64,000 nt of DNA from an archaeon (GTDB lineage: Archaea; Methanobacteriota_B; Thermococci; Methanofastidiosales; NM3), in contig RXIG01000008.1 in assembly GCA_004212155.1 (NCBI GenBank), forward strand, positions 31,827 through 95,826, in the 5' to 3' direction. Below are positions 18,567 to 28,655 of the stretch, in pieces. Under the pieces are notes generated by a model, which had not been told where the DNA came from, did not search any database, and saw only the letters and a list, made by a program, of their open reading frames with translations. The position numbers and the translations under genes are program-made. Numbering within the stretch: the first letter of the stretch is position 1; every line of letters begins with the position of its first letter.

Positions 18567-19256
18567 ATGGAACAAGGGAAAGATTTTGATTACGAAGTAT
18601 TGAAGAGTCCGGCATACACCTTGCTGCAGGTCAACCTCAAGAGCGGCCAGTCCATCAAGGCGGAGGCGGGTGCCATGGTCTCGATGTCTGCCAACTGCAC
18701 CGTGCAAACGGGTATGCAGGGAGGCATGTTCGGTGCGTTCAAGCGCAAGGCGCTTGGAGGCGAGTCGTTCTTCCAGAACACGTTCACGGCTGAGAACGGC
18801 CCGGGCGAGATCACGCTGGCACCAGGGTATCCAGGCGACATACAGTGCATCCCGATGGAAGGCGAAAGGTGGATGATGCAGTCGGGAGCGTTCCTTGCAT
18901 CGACCCCCGACATGACACTTGACACCAAGTTCCAGGGGCTGCGGGGCATGGTATCGCGCGAGGGGCTCTTCTTCCTCAAGGCGGAAGGCAGGGGCGACCT
19001 CTTCGTCTCGGCGTTTGGCGCGCTCATCAAGCGCGAGCTTGCCGGCGAGATGATCATCGACACCGGGCACCTCGTGGGATTCTCCGAATCCATCGACTAC
19101 GAGGTCAAAAAGATCGGGGGGCTCAAGTCGACGTTCCTCTCGGGTGAAGGGCTCGTGCTCAAGCTCAAAGGGCACGGCAACGTCTACCTGCAGACGAGGA
19201 ACCCGACGGCGTTTGGCAGCTGGCTCGTTCCGTTCCTTCCCAACAAGAATCAGTAA
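18567..19256 (+). CDS. AIM24/TIGR00266 family protein
   Basis: AEAGAMVSM, GGESFF.N.F, EGLF, IDTGHLVGF, SGEGLV, YLQTRN. Confidence 0.9.
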   Translation: MEQGKDFDYEVLKSPAYTLLQVNLKSGQSIKAEAGAMVSMSANCTVQTGMQGGMFGAFKRKALGGESFFQNTFTAENGPGEITLAPGYPGDIQCIPMEGERWMMQSGAFLASTPDMTLDTKFQGLRGMVSREGLFFLKAEGRGDLFVSAFGALIKRELAGEMIIDTGHLVGFSESIDYEVKKIGGLKSTFLSGEGLVLKLKGHGNVYLQTRNPTAFGSWLVPFLPNKNQ

Positions 19257-19290
19257 GTCACCAGATGGTGACTCTCTTTTTTCTTCTGTT
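19256..19290 (+). terminator. Stem-loop plus T-tract after AIM24 gene
   Basis: AGTCACC-AGAT-GGTGACT followed by CTCTTTTTTCTT. Confidence 0.55.
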
Positions 19291-19738
19291 TTCAGTTCTC
19301 TAATTCATAGATTTTTTTTCTTTCTTAAAACGTAAAATGAAAGAGTAAGATCATTGAAGATTCATTCATATCAATTTACATACGTGGACCTAATCAGGGA
19401 GGGACTGTCAGTATAGTCACCACAATATTTGACGATGACACAAAACGAAGTGCGTATCGCTTTAAGCCCGTGCACATCGGCATCCACCTTTACCTTCCAT
19501 CGTCTGACAGAATGAAAAAAGCAATATGGCTCGAAGGCAAAAACAACTTTGGTTTCTGCATCAACTAGCGGTCGTTTGTGAATCGAGCTAAAAATACCGG
19601 GACATGAAGGCGTATCATCATTGCAGAGACATTACATTGAGTTTTTATATGAGTCAGGGATAAGTTTTTTAATCTAATTTTAGTAAATTATATAGTTATT
19701 CATAAAAATAAAATAAGTATTATTTGGGGTGATAAATA

Positions 19739-21961
19739 ATGAAACGAATTAATATTATTTTCTCTTATGCTTTTATTTTCATTCTGCTATCTGCTTTGTT
19801 CGCTTTCTCGCCTGTTTCAGCAGCCGCAACGATAACACTCTCGCCCAGCGGGGGAGATGATACTGCGGCGATCCATGCTGCCATAGACGACATCGATGAA
19901 GGGGGTACAATATATTTTGAAGGCGGCACCTTCTACGCCAACATCGTGATCAATGATCCTGGGAAGTCATTCTCGCTCGTGGGCGCCGGTGCGGGCTCTA
20001 CCATACTTGATGGTGAAGACAACGGTTCCATCCTTCGTATCGAATACACGGGCGATTGCGCTGTTACGGTTGAGGGATTCACCATTACCAATGGAAGCGG
20101 CACGATAGATAATGATTATAGCTTTAATATGAATGGTGGTGGAATATACATCTATCAATCAAAAGCCGTCGTATCCAACTGCATTTTCATTGAAAATTAT
20201 ACAAATTCATACGGTGGTGGACTATACTCCCACGAATCAGACGTAGCCCTGAACAACTGCACGTTCGAGGATAATACAGCGGGGAGTTATGGCGGTGGCA
20301 TTGATATCGACTATTCATCCACTATTGTTAACAACTGTACGTTCTTGAACAATGATAGTGGCGATTATGCGGGAGGAATGGATATTTACTACTCGAAAGC
20401 CACGGTCACTAACAGCACGTTCGAGAATAATTACGCTGACTACGGTGGCGGAGTATATGTTTATGGCATGTATGAAAACACCACAGAGGGCGCAATTGAC
20501 ACGTCTTTAGCATCATCGTCTGGTAAACGTAGAGATACAGGTTCTGTATACCCCCTGGGCGAAGTGTTGGGTACAAACAGCGATGCCGGCAGTGTCTTTA
20601 CCGATTGTACTTTCAAAGAAAACGATGCTGAATATGGCGGCGGCATGTACAACGATTACGAAGCCATCATTTCAATTGCCACCTGCACGTTTGAGGAGAA
20701 CAGTGCCTATTACAACGGGGGGGGAATTGAAAACTATGATACGTATAGCGTGAACATAGACAACTGCCTGTTCACCGGGAACTATACGGAGTCTGGCAAC
20801 GGCGGCGGCATGCACAACTGTGGCGCCAGCCTCGTCGTGAGCACCTGTATATTCGAGTATAATGTTGCCGAATACCAAGGCGGAGGCATGATGAACGGTG
20901 ACTATTCAGAGCCGATCGTTACTGATTGCATCTTTCGATTCAACGAAGCGTACTACCAAGGTGGTGGGGGCATGATGAACGCCGGTGGGGCGGCCCCTCA
21001 CGTCATCTCTTGCACGTTCACGAACAACTGGGCGGAAAACCGCGGCGGTGGGATGTATAATGCAGGTTCCACAGGTGCTACGCCCATCGTTACCGATTGC
21101 ATATTCTCTTACAACGAGGCAGGCTGGCGCGGAGCTGGTATGGATAATCATGGCTACAGCGAACCGTACGTCACCAACTGCGTATTTGTTGGAAATGTCG
21201 TGATTGGTGAGCCACATTCAAATGCCATTGCTTCGATGGGCGATGAAGTCCCCATGGAAAGTGCCGGGGGCGGCGGTATGTTCAATGGGTATTCATGCGT
21301 GCCGACAGTAATCAATTGCACGTTCACGCAAAACTCCATACCGTACTACAGTTCTGGGGGGACCTATGATGGCGAGAACGGCGGAGGTGTGAAGTTCAAC
21401 ACATCGTACACATCGACGTTTACCAACTGCGTTATCTGGGGGAACTTCTGCGGTGACAATCCGAACGAAGTCCTTGATACCAACGGGGACTATGCGCTCA
21501 TCACGTACTCCAACGTCGGCGGCGGCTGGCCCGGCGAGGGCAACATCGACGCAGACCCGCTCTTTGTCAACGCACCAACTGACGTCGCGCTCCGCTCTGG
21601 CTCGCCCTGCATCGACGCCGGCACCGACATGAGCCCCGACGTGGTCGACGATATCCTCGGCGTTGCCAGGCCGCAGTACCGCGCATATGACATGGGTGCC
21701 TATGAATATGTGGCAAAGAGCACCTGGTCGCCCGTCTCGATCATGCCACTTGCGCGAACGCAGCTGGCATATGTCCTTGAGGAATGGAACGCGCTGTCCG
21801 AGCAGCTGCCCGAGGAGCCAAGCGACGAGATGACCGAGCTCATCGAGCGCATCCAGGAACATATGGGAAACGCGACAGGACTGGCAAATCCAATCTACGC
21901 ATCTGGCGAGCTTGCAAAGGCGCTCTCGCTCATGGGCGAGCTATCGGCGCTCATGGCATAA
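19739..21961 (+). CDS. Secreted right-handed beta-helix repeat protein (Pmp/pectin-lyase-like, choice-of-anchor-Q-like end) with extra C-terminal helical domain
   Basis: Signal peptide; many C.F..N.A..GGG(M/I) repeats; GNIDADPLF...SPCIDAG...DMGAYE. Confidence 0.85.
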   Translation: MKRINIIFSYAFIFILLSALFAFSPVSAAATITLSPSGGDDTAAIHAAIDDIDEGGTIYFEGGTFYANIVINDPGKSFSLVGAGAGSTILDGEDNGSILRIEYTGDCAVTVEGFTITNGSGTIDNDYSFNMNGGGIYIYQSKAVVSNCIFIENYTNSYGGGLYSHESDVALNNCTFEDNTAGSYGGGIDIDYSSTIVNNCTFLNNDSGDYAGGMDIYYSKATVTNSTFENNYADYGGGVYVYGMYENTTEGAIDTSLASSSGKRRDTGSVYPLGEVLGTNSDAGSVFTDCTFKENDAEYGGGMYNDYEAIISIATCTFEENSAYYNGGGIENYDTYSVNIDNCLFTGNYTESGNGGGMHNCGASLVVSTCIFEYNVAEYQGGGMMNGDYSEPIVTDCIFRFNEAYYQGGGGMMNAGGAAPHVISCTFTNNWAENRGGGMYNAGSTGATPIVTDCIFSYNEAGWRGAGMDNHGYSEPYVTNCVFVGNVVIGEPHSNAIASMGDEVPMESAGGGGMFNGYSCVPTVINCTFTQNSIPYYSSGGTYDGENGGGVKFNTSYTSTFTNCVIWGNFCGDNPNEVLDTNGDYALITYSNVGGGWPGEGNIDADPLFVNAPTDVALRSGSPCIDAGTDMSPDVVDDILGVARPQYRAYDMGAYEYVAKSTWSPVSIMPLARTQLAYVLEEWNALSEQLPEEPSDEMTELIERIQEHMGNATGLANPIYASGELAKALSLMGELSALMA

Positions 21962-21970
21962 CGGACCAAC

Positions 21971-22000
21971 GCAGTCCTTTTGGACTGCTATCTTCTCTTT
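21971..22000 (+). terminator. Perfect 7-bp hairpin plus pyrimidine tract
   Basis: GCAGTCC-TTTT-GGACTGC then TATCTTCTCTTTT. Confidence 0.55.
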
Positions 22001-22144
22001 TATATCTGGTCTTGAAAGATCTGTTTCTTCTTTATCATGCCACTGTATGAATCCAATGTTTTTAAAATGGAAATAAAAAGTTCTTCGATAAAAATAAGCA
22101 TGAAACGACTTTAAAATAAATAAAAAAATATTTTTGTAGAAATA

Positions 22145-22933
22145 TCAATCCTTTTCTATCGCATCGATAAGCGTGAGCTGGTGCGCGCCGATGCACTTGT
22201 TGTAATCGAGCTGCGCCTCGACACCGTAGACGTCGCGGATGTTGTCGGGCGTGAGCACCTCCTCTGACGCACCGCACGAATGGACGCCGCCGTCCTTGAG
22301 CAAGAGCAACCGGTCGCAGTAGCGAAGCGAGAGGTTGAGGTTGTGGGATATGATAATCACGACCATGTTGTGTTCGACGGCAAGGGAGCGCACGAGCTTC
22401 ATGACCTCGAACTGGTGATTGATGTCAAGCTGTGACGTGGGCTCGTCGAGGAGGAGGACCCGCGGCTCCTGCGCGAGCGCGCGGGCGATGATCACGCGTT
22501 GAAGCTCGCCGCCTGAAAGTTGCGATATCGGCCGCTCAAAGAGATGATCGATCGATGTGAGCCTCATCGACTCGCGGACGATCGAGATGTCGTGGGCGCC
22601 CTCGCGCTGGAATCGGCCCAGGTGCGGGATGCGCCCCATCATGACGACGTCAAAGACGGAAAACGGGAACGTGAGCGTCGTCGACTGGGGAACGACGCCA
22701 AAGACCCTCGCGATACGGGAACGGTCCCATACCGTGACATCCTCGCCATCGAGCGTGATGGCACCGCCCTGGGGACTGAGAACGAGGCGCAGGCACCGAA
22801 GCAGCGTCGTCTTGCCCGAGCCGTTGGGGCCAACGATGCCAAACACCTCGCCGCTATGCGCGGAAAACGAGACGTCGCGCAGCACTTTTTTGGTGGGAAA
22901 CGAGAAGTTGAGGGACGAGACTGAAAGTTTCAT
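22145..22933 (-). CDS. Cobalamin/Fe-siderophore ABC transporter ATP-binding subunit
   Basis: GPNGSGKT, LSGGELQRV, LLLDEPT. Confidence 0.92.
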   Translation of the reverse strand: MKLSVSSLNFSFPTKKVLRDVSFSAHSGEVFGIVGPNGSGKTTLLRCLRLVLSPQGGAITLDGEDVTVWDRSRIARVFGVVPQSTTLTFPFSVFDVVMMGRIPHLGRFQREGAHDISIVRESMRLTSIDHLFERPISQLSGGELQRVIIARALAQEPRVLLLDEPTSQLDINHQFEVMKLVRSLAVEHNMVVIIISHNLNLSLRYCDRLLLLKDGGVHSCGASEEVLTPDNIRDVYGVEAQLDYNKCIGAHQLTLIDAIEKD

Positions 22934-22936
22934 TTT

Positions 22937-23998
22937 TTACCACCCCATGCGCTCCTTGCGCTTTCGCAGGAGATAAAGGAAGAACGGCACGCCGAAAAGC
23001 GACGTGATGATGCCGACGGGAAGCTCGGCAGGCATGATGATCGTGCGCGCCAGCGTGTCGGTGAGGATCAAAAAGATCCCGCCAACCAAGACGGAGGCGG
23101 GGATGAGGATCTTGTGGTCGGGCCCGACGAAGATGCGGGCGATGTGGGGGATGATGAGGCCGACAAAGCCGATGACGCCCGAGACGGCAACGCAGGCGCC
23201 CACGGTAAACGCGGTGAGCACGAGTATGATACGCTTGGTCGATTCGACCTTGATGCCGAGGTCGGTCGCGTTCTCCTCGCCAAGCAGCATGGCGTTGAGC
23301 TCGCGGGAGAGCACGTAGAAGAGCGGGACAGCGACGACTATGAGGGGAAGCGTCACCGCGACCTTGTCCCACGTCGACGCCCAGAGCCCGCCCATCATCC
23401 AGAAGACGATGCGCTCGAGCTGCTGGTCGGCAAAGTAGAGCATGAGGGAGACGAGGGCCGAGAAGAACGACGAGAGCGCGATGCCTGAAAGGAGGAGCGT
23501 CTCTGTTGGCACCTTGTTGTTGACCCGCGATATCATGTAGACGAAAAAGACGGTAAGCGTCGCGAAAAGAAACGCGAAGAACGGCAGGAAGATATAGGCA
23601 AGACCGAGATTGACAGCAAGAGCCGCACCGAACGCGCCCCCCGATGAGAGGCCGCAGACGTAAGGGGACGCCATGGGATTGCGAAAGAGACCCTGCATGG
23701 CACATCCTGAGACGGCCAGGCCCATCCCGACAAGCATACCGAGCAGCACGCGCGGGAGGCGGACGTCCATCACGATGGAAGTGTACGAGTGGGGCCACGT
23801 CTGCATGACAGAGTCGCCCACGCGCGGTATCTGCATCCAGAAGATGTGCAGGATCGTTGACGGCGAGATCGATACCGGTCCGACCATGATGCCGAGGACT
23901 GCAACGGCGAACAAAGAAAGGATGAGGCCCACCATGACGGTGAGCCGATACATCCGTACGCTATGGAAGTACGCTTCGATATCCTGCATCACGTTCAC
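22937..23998 (-). CDS. FecCD/BtuC family ABC permease
   Basis: RLPRVLL, QGLFRNPMASP, GVIGFVGLIIPH, ELPVGIIT. Confidence 0.93.
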   Translation of the reverse strand: MNVMQDIEAYFHSVRMYRLTVMVGLILSLFAVAVLGIMVGPVSISPSTILHIFWMQIPRVGDSVMQTWPHSYTSIVMDVRLPRVLLGMLVGMGLAVSGCAMQGLFRNPMASPYVCGLSSGGAFGAALAVNLGLAYIFLPFFAFLFATLTVFFVYMISRVNNKVPTETLLLSGIALSSFFSALVSLMLYFADQQLERIVFWMMGGLWASTWDKVAVTLPLIVVAVPLFYVLSRELNAMLLGEENATDLGIKVESTKRIILVLTAFTVGACVAVSGVIGFVGLIIPHIARIFVGPDHKILIPASVLVGGIFLILTDTLARTIIMPAELPVGIITSLFGVPFFLYLLRKRKERMGW

Positions 23999-25290
23999 TC
24001 GAAGTACTCAGGATAAAACCATTTCGCCAGCTGCTCGAGCCCGAGCACGAGACGGGGGTTCGATGTGACCATGTCGCTCTCGACGGCATAGACCCTGTCG
24101 TTGGCAACAGCGGATATCTGGTCCCATCCGCTGCGCGCCTTGATCTCCTCGACGGATGCGCCATACGAGAGCACTACGATGACGTCGGGGTCCTCCTGGA
24201 TGATCCACTCGCTTGAGAGCACCGGGTAGCGCGACTCCTCGTCTGCTGCGATGTTGATGCCGCCTGCCATCTCGATGAGCTCGCCGGTGAACGTGTCGGC
24301 GTTGAGGCTCTTGAACGGTTGGGACGTCTCGTAGAAGACCGTGGGTCGGTCCTCGACAGGGATCGTGTCCACGTAGTCGGTGATCTCCGATATGCGCGCC
24401 TGCATGTCGCCGATGACTTCCTGTGCGTTCTCCTCGAAGCCAAGGATCGTGCCGAAGAGCCCGATCTCATCGTAGATGTCGCTGACCGAGGCGGGATTTA
24501 TCGCCATCACGTTGATGCCGCGCTGCTCGATGTTCTCGATGGCATCGCCGTAGAAGTACCATATGACGACGAGGTCGGGCTCGAGCTCGATGAGCTTTTC
24601 CATGTCAAGCGACGACCCGCTCCCGAGATTAGGAAGGCTGGCGACCTCCTCGGGGTACGTGCTGTACTTGTCGACGCCGACGACCTTCTCGCCCGCACCG
24701 ATGGCAAACATCACCTCTGTGGCGGAGCTTGCAAGCGACACCACGCGCTCGGGCACCTTCCCTATGGTGACCTCGCGGCCGGCGCCGTCCTCGAACGTGT
24801 AGTCGATATAGGTCTCCTCGATCGAAGGCGGCACGAGGACCGCATCGATCACGTGGAGCGTGCCGTTGGTGCATTCAATGTCCTGTTCGGTAACAGAGGC
24901 CCCCCCTATGGAGAGCGAGCCTGCGGCATTGACCTCGATGTCCTCGCCCTGCAGCGTGGCAAGCGTCTGGGACTGTGAGATCTTGGATGCCGAGTACGAC
25001 CCTTCAAGCACGTGATACGTCAATATCTGTTCCAGGAGCGCCGGGTCGGACGCATAGCGCTCGTCTAGAGACTCGAGCGCGTCGTTGCTTGGCGCAAGAA
25101 GGGTGTAGTCTCCCTCCTCGCCAAACACATCATAGAGTCCTGCGGACGTGAGCGCGTCAACGAGCATCGAGAGCTGCGGGCGCTCCTCGAGCTCATCGGC
25201 GATGGTCGTATCGGGGCCGCCCCCGATGCATCCGCCGACAAGTCCCGTCAAGAGGACGATAAGCAAACCAAGTGTTACAAACTTTTTCAT
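23995..25290 (-). CDS. Lipoprotein: fasciclin (FAS1) domain fused to BtuF/FhuD-type substrate-binding domain
   Basis: Lipobox LVGGCIGG; FAS1 YTLLAPSNDA...ILTYHV...NGTLHVIDAVL; binding domain PERVVSLASSATEVMFAIG. Confidence 0.88.
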   Translation of the reverse strand: MKKFVTLGLLIVLLTGLVGGCIGGGPDTTIADELEERPQLSMLVDALTSAGLYDVFGEEGDYTLLAPSNDALESLDERYASDPALLEQILTYHVLEGSYSASKISQSQTLATLQGEDIEVNAAGSLSIGGASVTEQDIECTNGTLHVIDAVLVPPSIEETYIDYTFEDGAGREVTIGKVPERVVSLASSATEVMFAIGAGEKVVGVDKYSTYPEEVASLPNLGSGSSLDMEKLIELEPDLVVIWYFYGDAIENIEQRGINVMAINPASVSDIYDEIGLFGTILGFEENAQEVIGDMQARISEITDYVDTIPVEDRPTVFYETSQPFKSLNADTFTGELIEMAGGINIAADEESRYPVLSSEWIIQEDPDVIVVLSYGASVEEIKARSGWDQISAVANDRVYAVESDMVTSNPRLVLGLEQLAKWFYPEYFE

Positions 25291-25567
25291 TGATGTTACC
25301 TCCTTGTGATTCATAACACCTTTTGGATACAATATAAATATTTTTCTCAATGGATATGCCATTTTATGGTAAATAGTAACACAAAACAAACTAGTTGTTT
25401 CAAATAGTAACAAGATTTTGAGAATAATAAATATGAGGGCAGATTCAGCTAATAATATAAAAAGTAACACAAAATATAATATTAAAAATAAAACGTGACA
25501 CGAAGTCGGATGCATGCGCCGCATAGACGATGGCAAGATTTATGTGGTTGCACTGCGAATGTGTGCC

Positions 25568-26422
25568 ATGAACGTGCTCTTCTGCGGAAACATGAATCAC
25601 GACATCATACTCGTGGTCCCGCGCTTCCCCGAGTTTCACGAGAAGCTCTCAGTGGAAACGTACTACGAGGGCGAGGGCGGGTCGGCTGCCAACACGTGCT
25701 GGTGGTATGCGGGCCTCGGCGGGAGTGCGCGCATGTGCGGAGCCGTCGGACAGGACGCGCGGGGGGATGCCTGCGTGCGTTCGCTCGCACACAATGGCGT
25801 CGACACGAGCCATGTCGTGCGGGCAGATGCGCCCACCGGTCTCGCCGTCGCCATGTCGTGCGGGCAGGACAAGCGCATGGTCAAGGTGAACGGCGCCAAC
25901 GACCATGTGCGCTGCACGCGCGAGGCACTCGGGGACGTCGGCCACCTTCATCTCTCATCGGTGGCAAGAGACGTGGCAAACGAGGCGATGCGCCTCGCCC
26001 GCGACGCGGGCGCCACCGTATCGTGGGACCCTTCGGAGCGTCTCTACGAGGACCTGCTGCCGCTTGTCGACATCCTCTTCATCAACGAGGACGACCATGC
26101 GCGGATGAATGCGAAAGGACACCTGCCTCCGACAGTGGTCGTCACGAAAAATGAAGGTGGCTGTGTCATCAACGACACGACCGATGTCCCCTCATACGGA
26201 TCGGACGCCGTCGACACCACGGGCGCGGGGGATGCGTTCGACGCAGGCTATCTCCACGCACTCCATGCGGGCTGTGATCCCTGGGAATGTGGCATGTGGG
26301 GCGTCGTTTGCGCATCGTTTAATGTCGCGCGCATCGGCGCACGCGACGGGTTCTCAAGCAGGGACGACATCAGCGCCACCGCACGGCGCATGATCAGGGG
26401 CCTGCGTGCATCATCTCGTTGA
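25568..26422 (+). CDS. PfkB family carbohydrate/nucleoside kinase
   Basis: GGSAAN, GAVGQD..G, DTTGAGDAF. Confidence 0.9.
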   Translation: MNVLFCGNMNHDIILVVPRFPEFHEKLSVETYYEGEGGSAANTCWWYAGLGGSARMCGAVGQDARGDACVRSLAHNGVDTSHVVRADAPTGLAVAMSCGQDKRMVKVNGANDHVRCTREALGDVGHLHLSSVARDVANEAMRLARDAGATVSWDPSERLYEDLLPLVDILFINEDDHARMNAKGHLPPTVVVTKNEGGCVINDTTDVPSYGSDAVDTTGAGDAFDAGYLHALHAGCDPWECGMWGVVCASFNVARIGARDGFSSRDDISATARRMIRGLRASSR

Positions 26423-26873
26423 AATCGTCGAATCGTTCGAAGTGCTTGATCGCTGTGAGCTCGGCGTCGAGCAGATGGAAGTGTGACGCCTCCATCTCGG
26501 AGAGGTAGCGCAGCAGCGCGCTTTCCTCAGCTCCCTCCACCACCTCGGCAAGCGAAGCGTAGAATCTGCGAGCCGCGTCCTCGCCGCCCTTGGCGAGCTC
26601 AAAAAGCTCTGAGAGCGACTTCTCGGGGTCGAAGGCAAGCGATGGAAGCTCGAGCGACTCCATGCGTTCGCTCGACACTGTGGCCGAGACGCCCTTTCGC
26701 TTCATGAGCGCGGCGATGGCGTTCTTGTGGCGCCCTTCCTCCTCGGCGAGCCCGGCGATCTGCTCCTTCAAAAAGTACTGGTCCGTCTTGTTCTTGAGGT
26801 GAAGGTAGAACGTCTGCGCTTCAGCCTCCGATGTAATAGCGATCTGCAAAATATCCTTTACCGTATATCCCAT
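26394..26873 (-). CDS. Ferritin-like / rubrerythrin diiron domain protein
   Basis: AITSE..A..FY, LAEEEGRH, E..A..FY, MEASH. Confidence 0.85.
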   Translation of the reverse strand: MGYTVKDILQIAITSEAEAQTFYLHLKNKTDQYFLKEQIAGLAEEEGRHKNAIAALMKRKGVSATVSSERMESLELPSLAFDPEKSLSELFELAKGGEDAARRFYASLAEVVEGAEESALLRYLSEMEASHFHLLDAELTAIKHFERFDDFNEMMHAGP

Positions 26874-26881
26874 TTGTTCAC

Positions 26882-28054
26882 CTACCTGTCGAAAAATCCC
26901 TTTGGCGTGAGCGGTGACATCCTCCTCAACCGGTCCACGACCGGCGGCAGCTTCTCCAGGAGGAAGTCGATATCGTCATCGGTGGTCAAGCGGCCCATGT
27001 TGAACTGGACCGACCCGTGCGCCTCCTCGTTGGACTGGCCGATCGCCGAGAGCACGTGCGACGCCGAGAGAGTCTTCGAAGAGCATGCGGAGCCTGTGGA
27101 TGCGGCGATGCCGTAATTGGAAAGCGAGAGCAGCATCGCTTCTCCCTCTATGTAGTCGAAGAGGAAGTTGACGTTGTTTGGCACGCGCTGCTGCCTGTCG
27201 CCGTTGAGGTGCGTGTCGGGAATGGCCTCGAAGGCGCCGTCGATGAGCTTCGTCTGAAGGTGCGAGAGGTGCGCGATGTCGCGTGTAAGGCGCCTTTGCG
27301 CAAGCTCTGCCGCAGCGCCCATGCCCACGATGCCAGCCACGTTCTCGGTGCCGGAGCGAATGCCCCATTCCTGTCCGCCGCCATGCATCACCGGCTCGAT
27401 GCGCACGCCGCGCCTGATGTAGAGCGCGCCCATGCCCTTGGGACCGTAGATATCATTTGACGAAAGCGTGATCAGGTCGGCACCGCAGTCATTGGCATCG
27501 ACGAGGATGCGCCCCACGGCAGCGGTCGCATCGGTATGAACGGGGATGTTGCGCTCATGCGCCCGCTCGGCGATCTCCTTGATGGGCTGCACGGTGCCTA
27601 TCTCGTTGTTTGCAAACATTACCGATACGAGGACCGTCTCTTCGGTCATGGCATCCGCCACTGCATCTGCATCGACGATGCCGTTTGGCTCCACCGGCAC
27701 GCGGGTCACCTCGAATCCCTCCTTTTCCAACGCCTTGAGCGGCGTGTGGACGGCCCAGTGCTCGATGTTGGTGGTCACGATATGGGTGCCGCGCCTCCTT
27801 GCGCGGCGTGCCACGCCCTTGAGGGCGAGGTTGTTCGATTCGGTGGCCCCCGACGTGAAGACGACCTTGTCGCCCTCGCCGGCACCAACAAACGACACGA
27901 CCTGAGCGCGTGCGGCCTCGACCGCTTCGCGCACTGCATCGCCGTATTCGTGCAGTGAGGAGGGGTTACCAAAATGAGTGGTAAAGAAGGGCTTCATGGC
28001 CTCGAAGACCTGTTCGTCGACAGGCATGCCGGCCCCGTAGTCGAAGTAGAGCAT
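26882..28054 (-). CDS. iscS: Cysteine desulfurase IscS/NifS
   Basis: YFDY, GNPSS.H, FTSGATESNN, GGGQE, RSGTEN, STGSACSS. Confidence 0.93.
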   Translation of the reverse strand: MLYFDYGAGMPVDEQVFEAMKPFFTTHFGNPSSLHEYGDAVREAVEAARAQVVSFVGAGEGDKVVFTSGATESNNLALKGVARRARRRGTHIVTTNIEHWAVHTPLKALEKEGFEVTRVPVEPNGIVDADAVADAMTEETVLVSVMFANNEIGTVQPIKEIAERAHERNIPVHTDATAAVGRILVDANDCGADLITLSSNDIYGPKGMGALYIRRGVRIEPVMHGGGQEWGIRSGTENVAGIVGMGAAAELAQRRLTRDIAHLSHLQTKLIDGAFEAIPDTHLNGDRQQRVPNNVNFLFDYIEGEAMLLSLSNYGIAASTGSACSSKTLSASHVLSAIGQSNEEAHGSVQFNMGRLTTDDDIDFLLEKLPPVVDRLRRMSPLTPKGFFDR

Positions 28055-28062
28055 GGTATCAC

Positions 28063-28422
28063 CTAGAAGTATAGCGTGCCGTCGGCCTCGAGGACAAGCT
28101 TGTTGAGCGTAGCGGCGCCGACGATCTCGACGTCGTCGCGAAGCGATCCCTTCTCGAGTCCGAGAAGCTGTGCCGACTGTTCACAGGCATAAAGCGTCAC
28201 GCCTGCGTCGACGGCCTGCTGTATCACGTCGGAGAGCGCGGGGAACGAACCCATGCGGACAAATGCCGCCTCGCCCTTCTGGACGATGGTGAGTCCCTTG
28301 ATGAGGAAGTATATCGTTGCGTCGACGCCCATGGCCTGGGCGGTCGTGGCGAGGATGAACGGCGCGTAGGTGCGCTCGGGGGTGTCGATGCCGCTTGTCT
28401 GCACGTAGAGCAGCTTCTTCAT
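28063..28422 (-). CDS. DsrE/DsrF-like sulfur relay protein
   Basis: PFILA.TA.AM...IYF...GV.LYACEQS...GAATL. Confidence 0.8.
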   Translation of the reverse strand: MKKLLYVQTSGIDTPERTYAPFILATTAQAMGVDATIYFLIKGLTIVQKGEAAFVRMGSFPALSDVIQQAVDAGVTLYACEQSAQLLGLEKGSLRDDVEIVGAATLNKLVLEADGTLYF

Positions 28423-28655
28423 TTTTCACCGCCCCGCTTGCGGATGACAAACTCCCAGTGGTCATCCTTCTCGGCAGTCGAGACGAGCTCGTTGCCTGAT
28501 ATGTCGGCCCACGACTCGACGTCGCGCGGCGCCGACGGGTCGTCTGCTCGCAACACGACCGTGTCGCCTTCCTCGATCCTTTTTATCGCCTGGCCCAGTC
28601 TCACGATGGGCTCGGGACAGAACAATCCAATCGCATCGATCTCTTCAGTCGCTAT
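28419..28655 (-). CDS. tusA: TusA/SirA family sulfurtransferase (probable ATA start)
   Basis: IDAIGLFCPEPIV, ADDPSAPRDVESW; RBS GGAGG precedes ATA at 28655. Confidence 0.85.
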   Translation of the reverse strand: MATEEIDAIGLFCPEPIVRLGQAIKRIEEGDTVVLRADDPSAPRDVESWADISGNELVSTAEKDDHWEFVIRKRGGEK

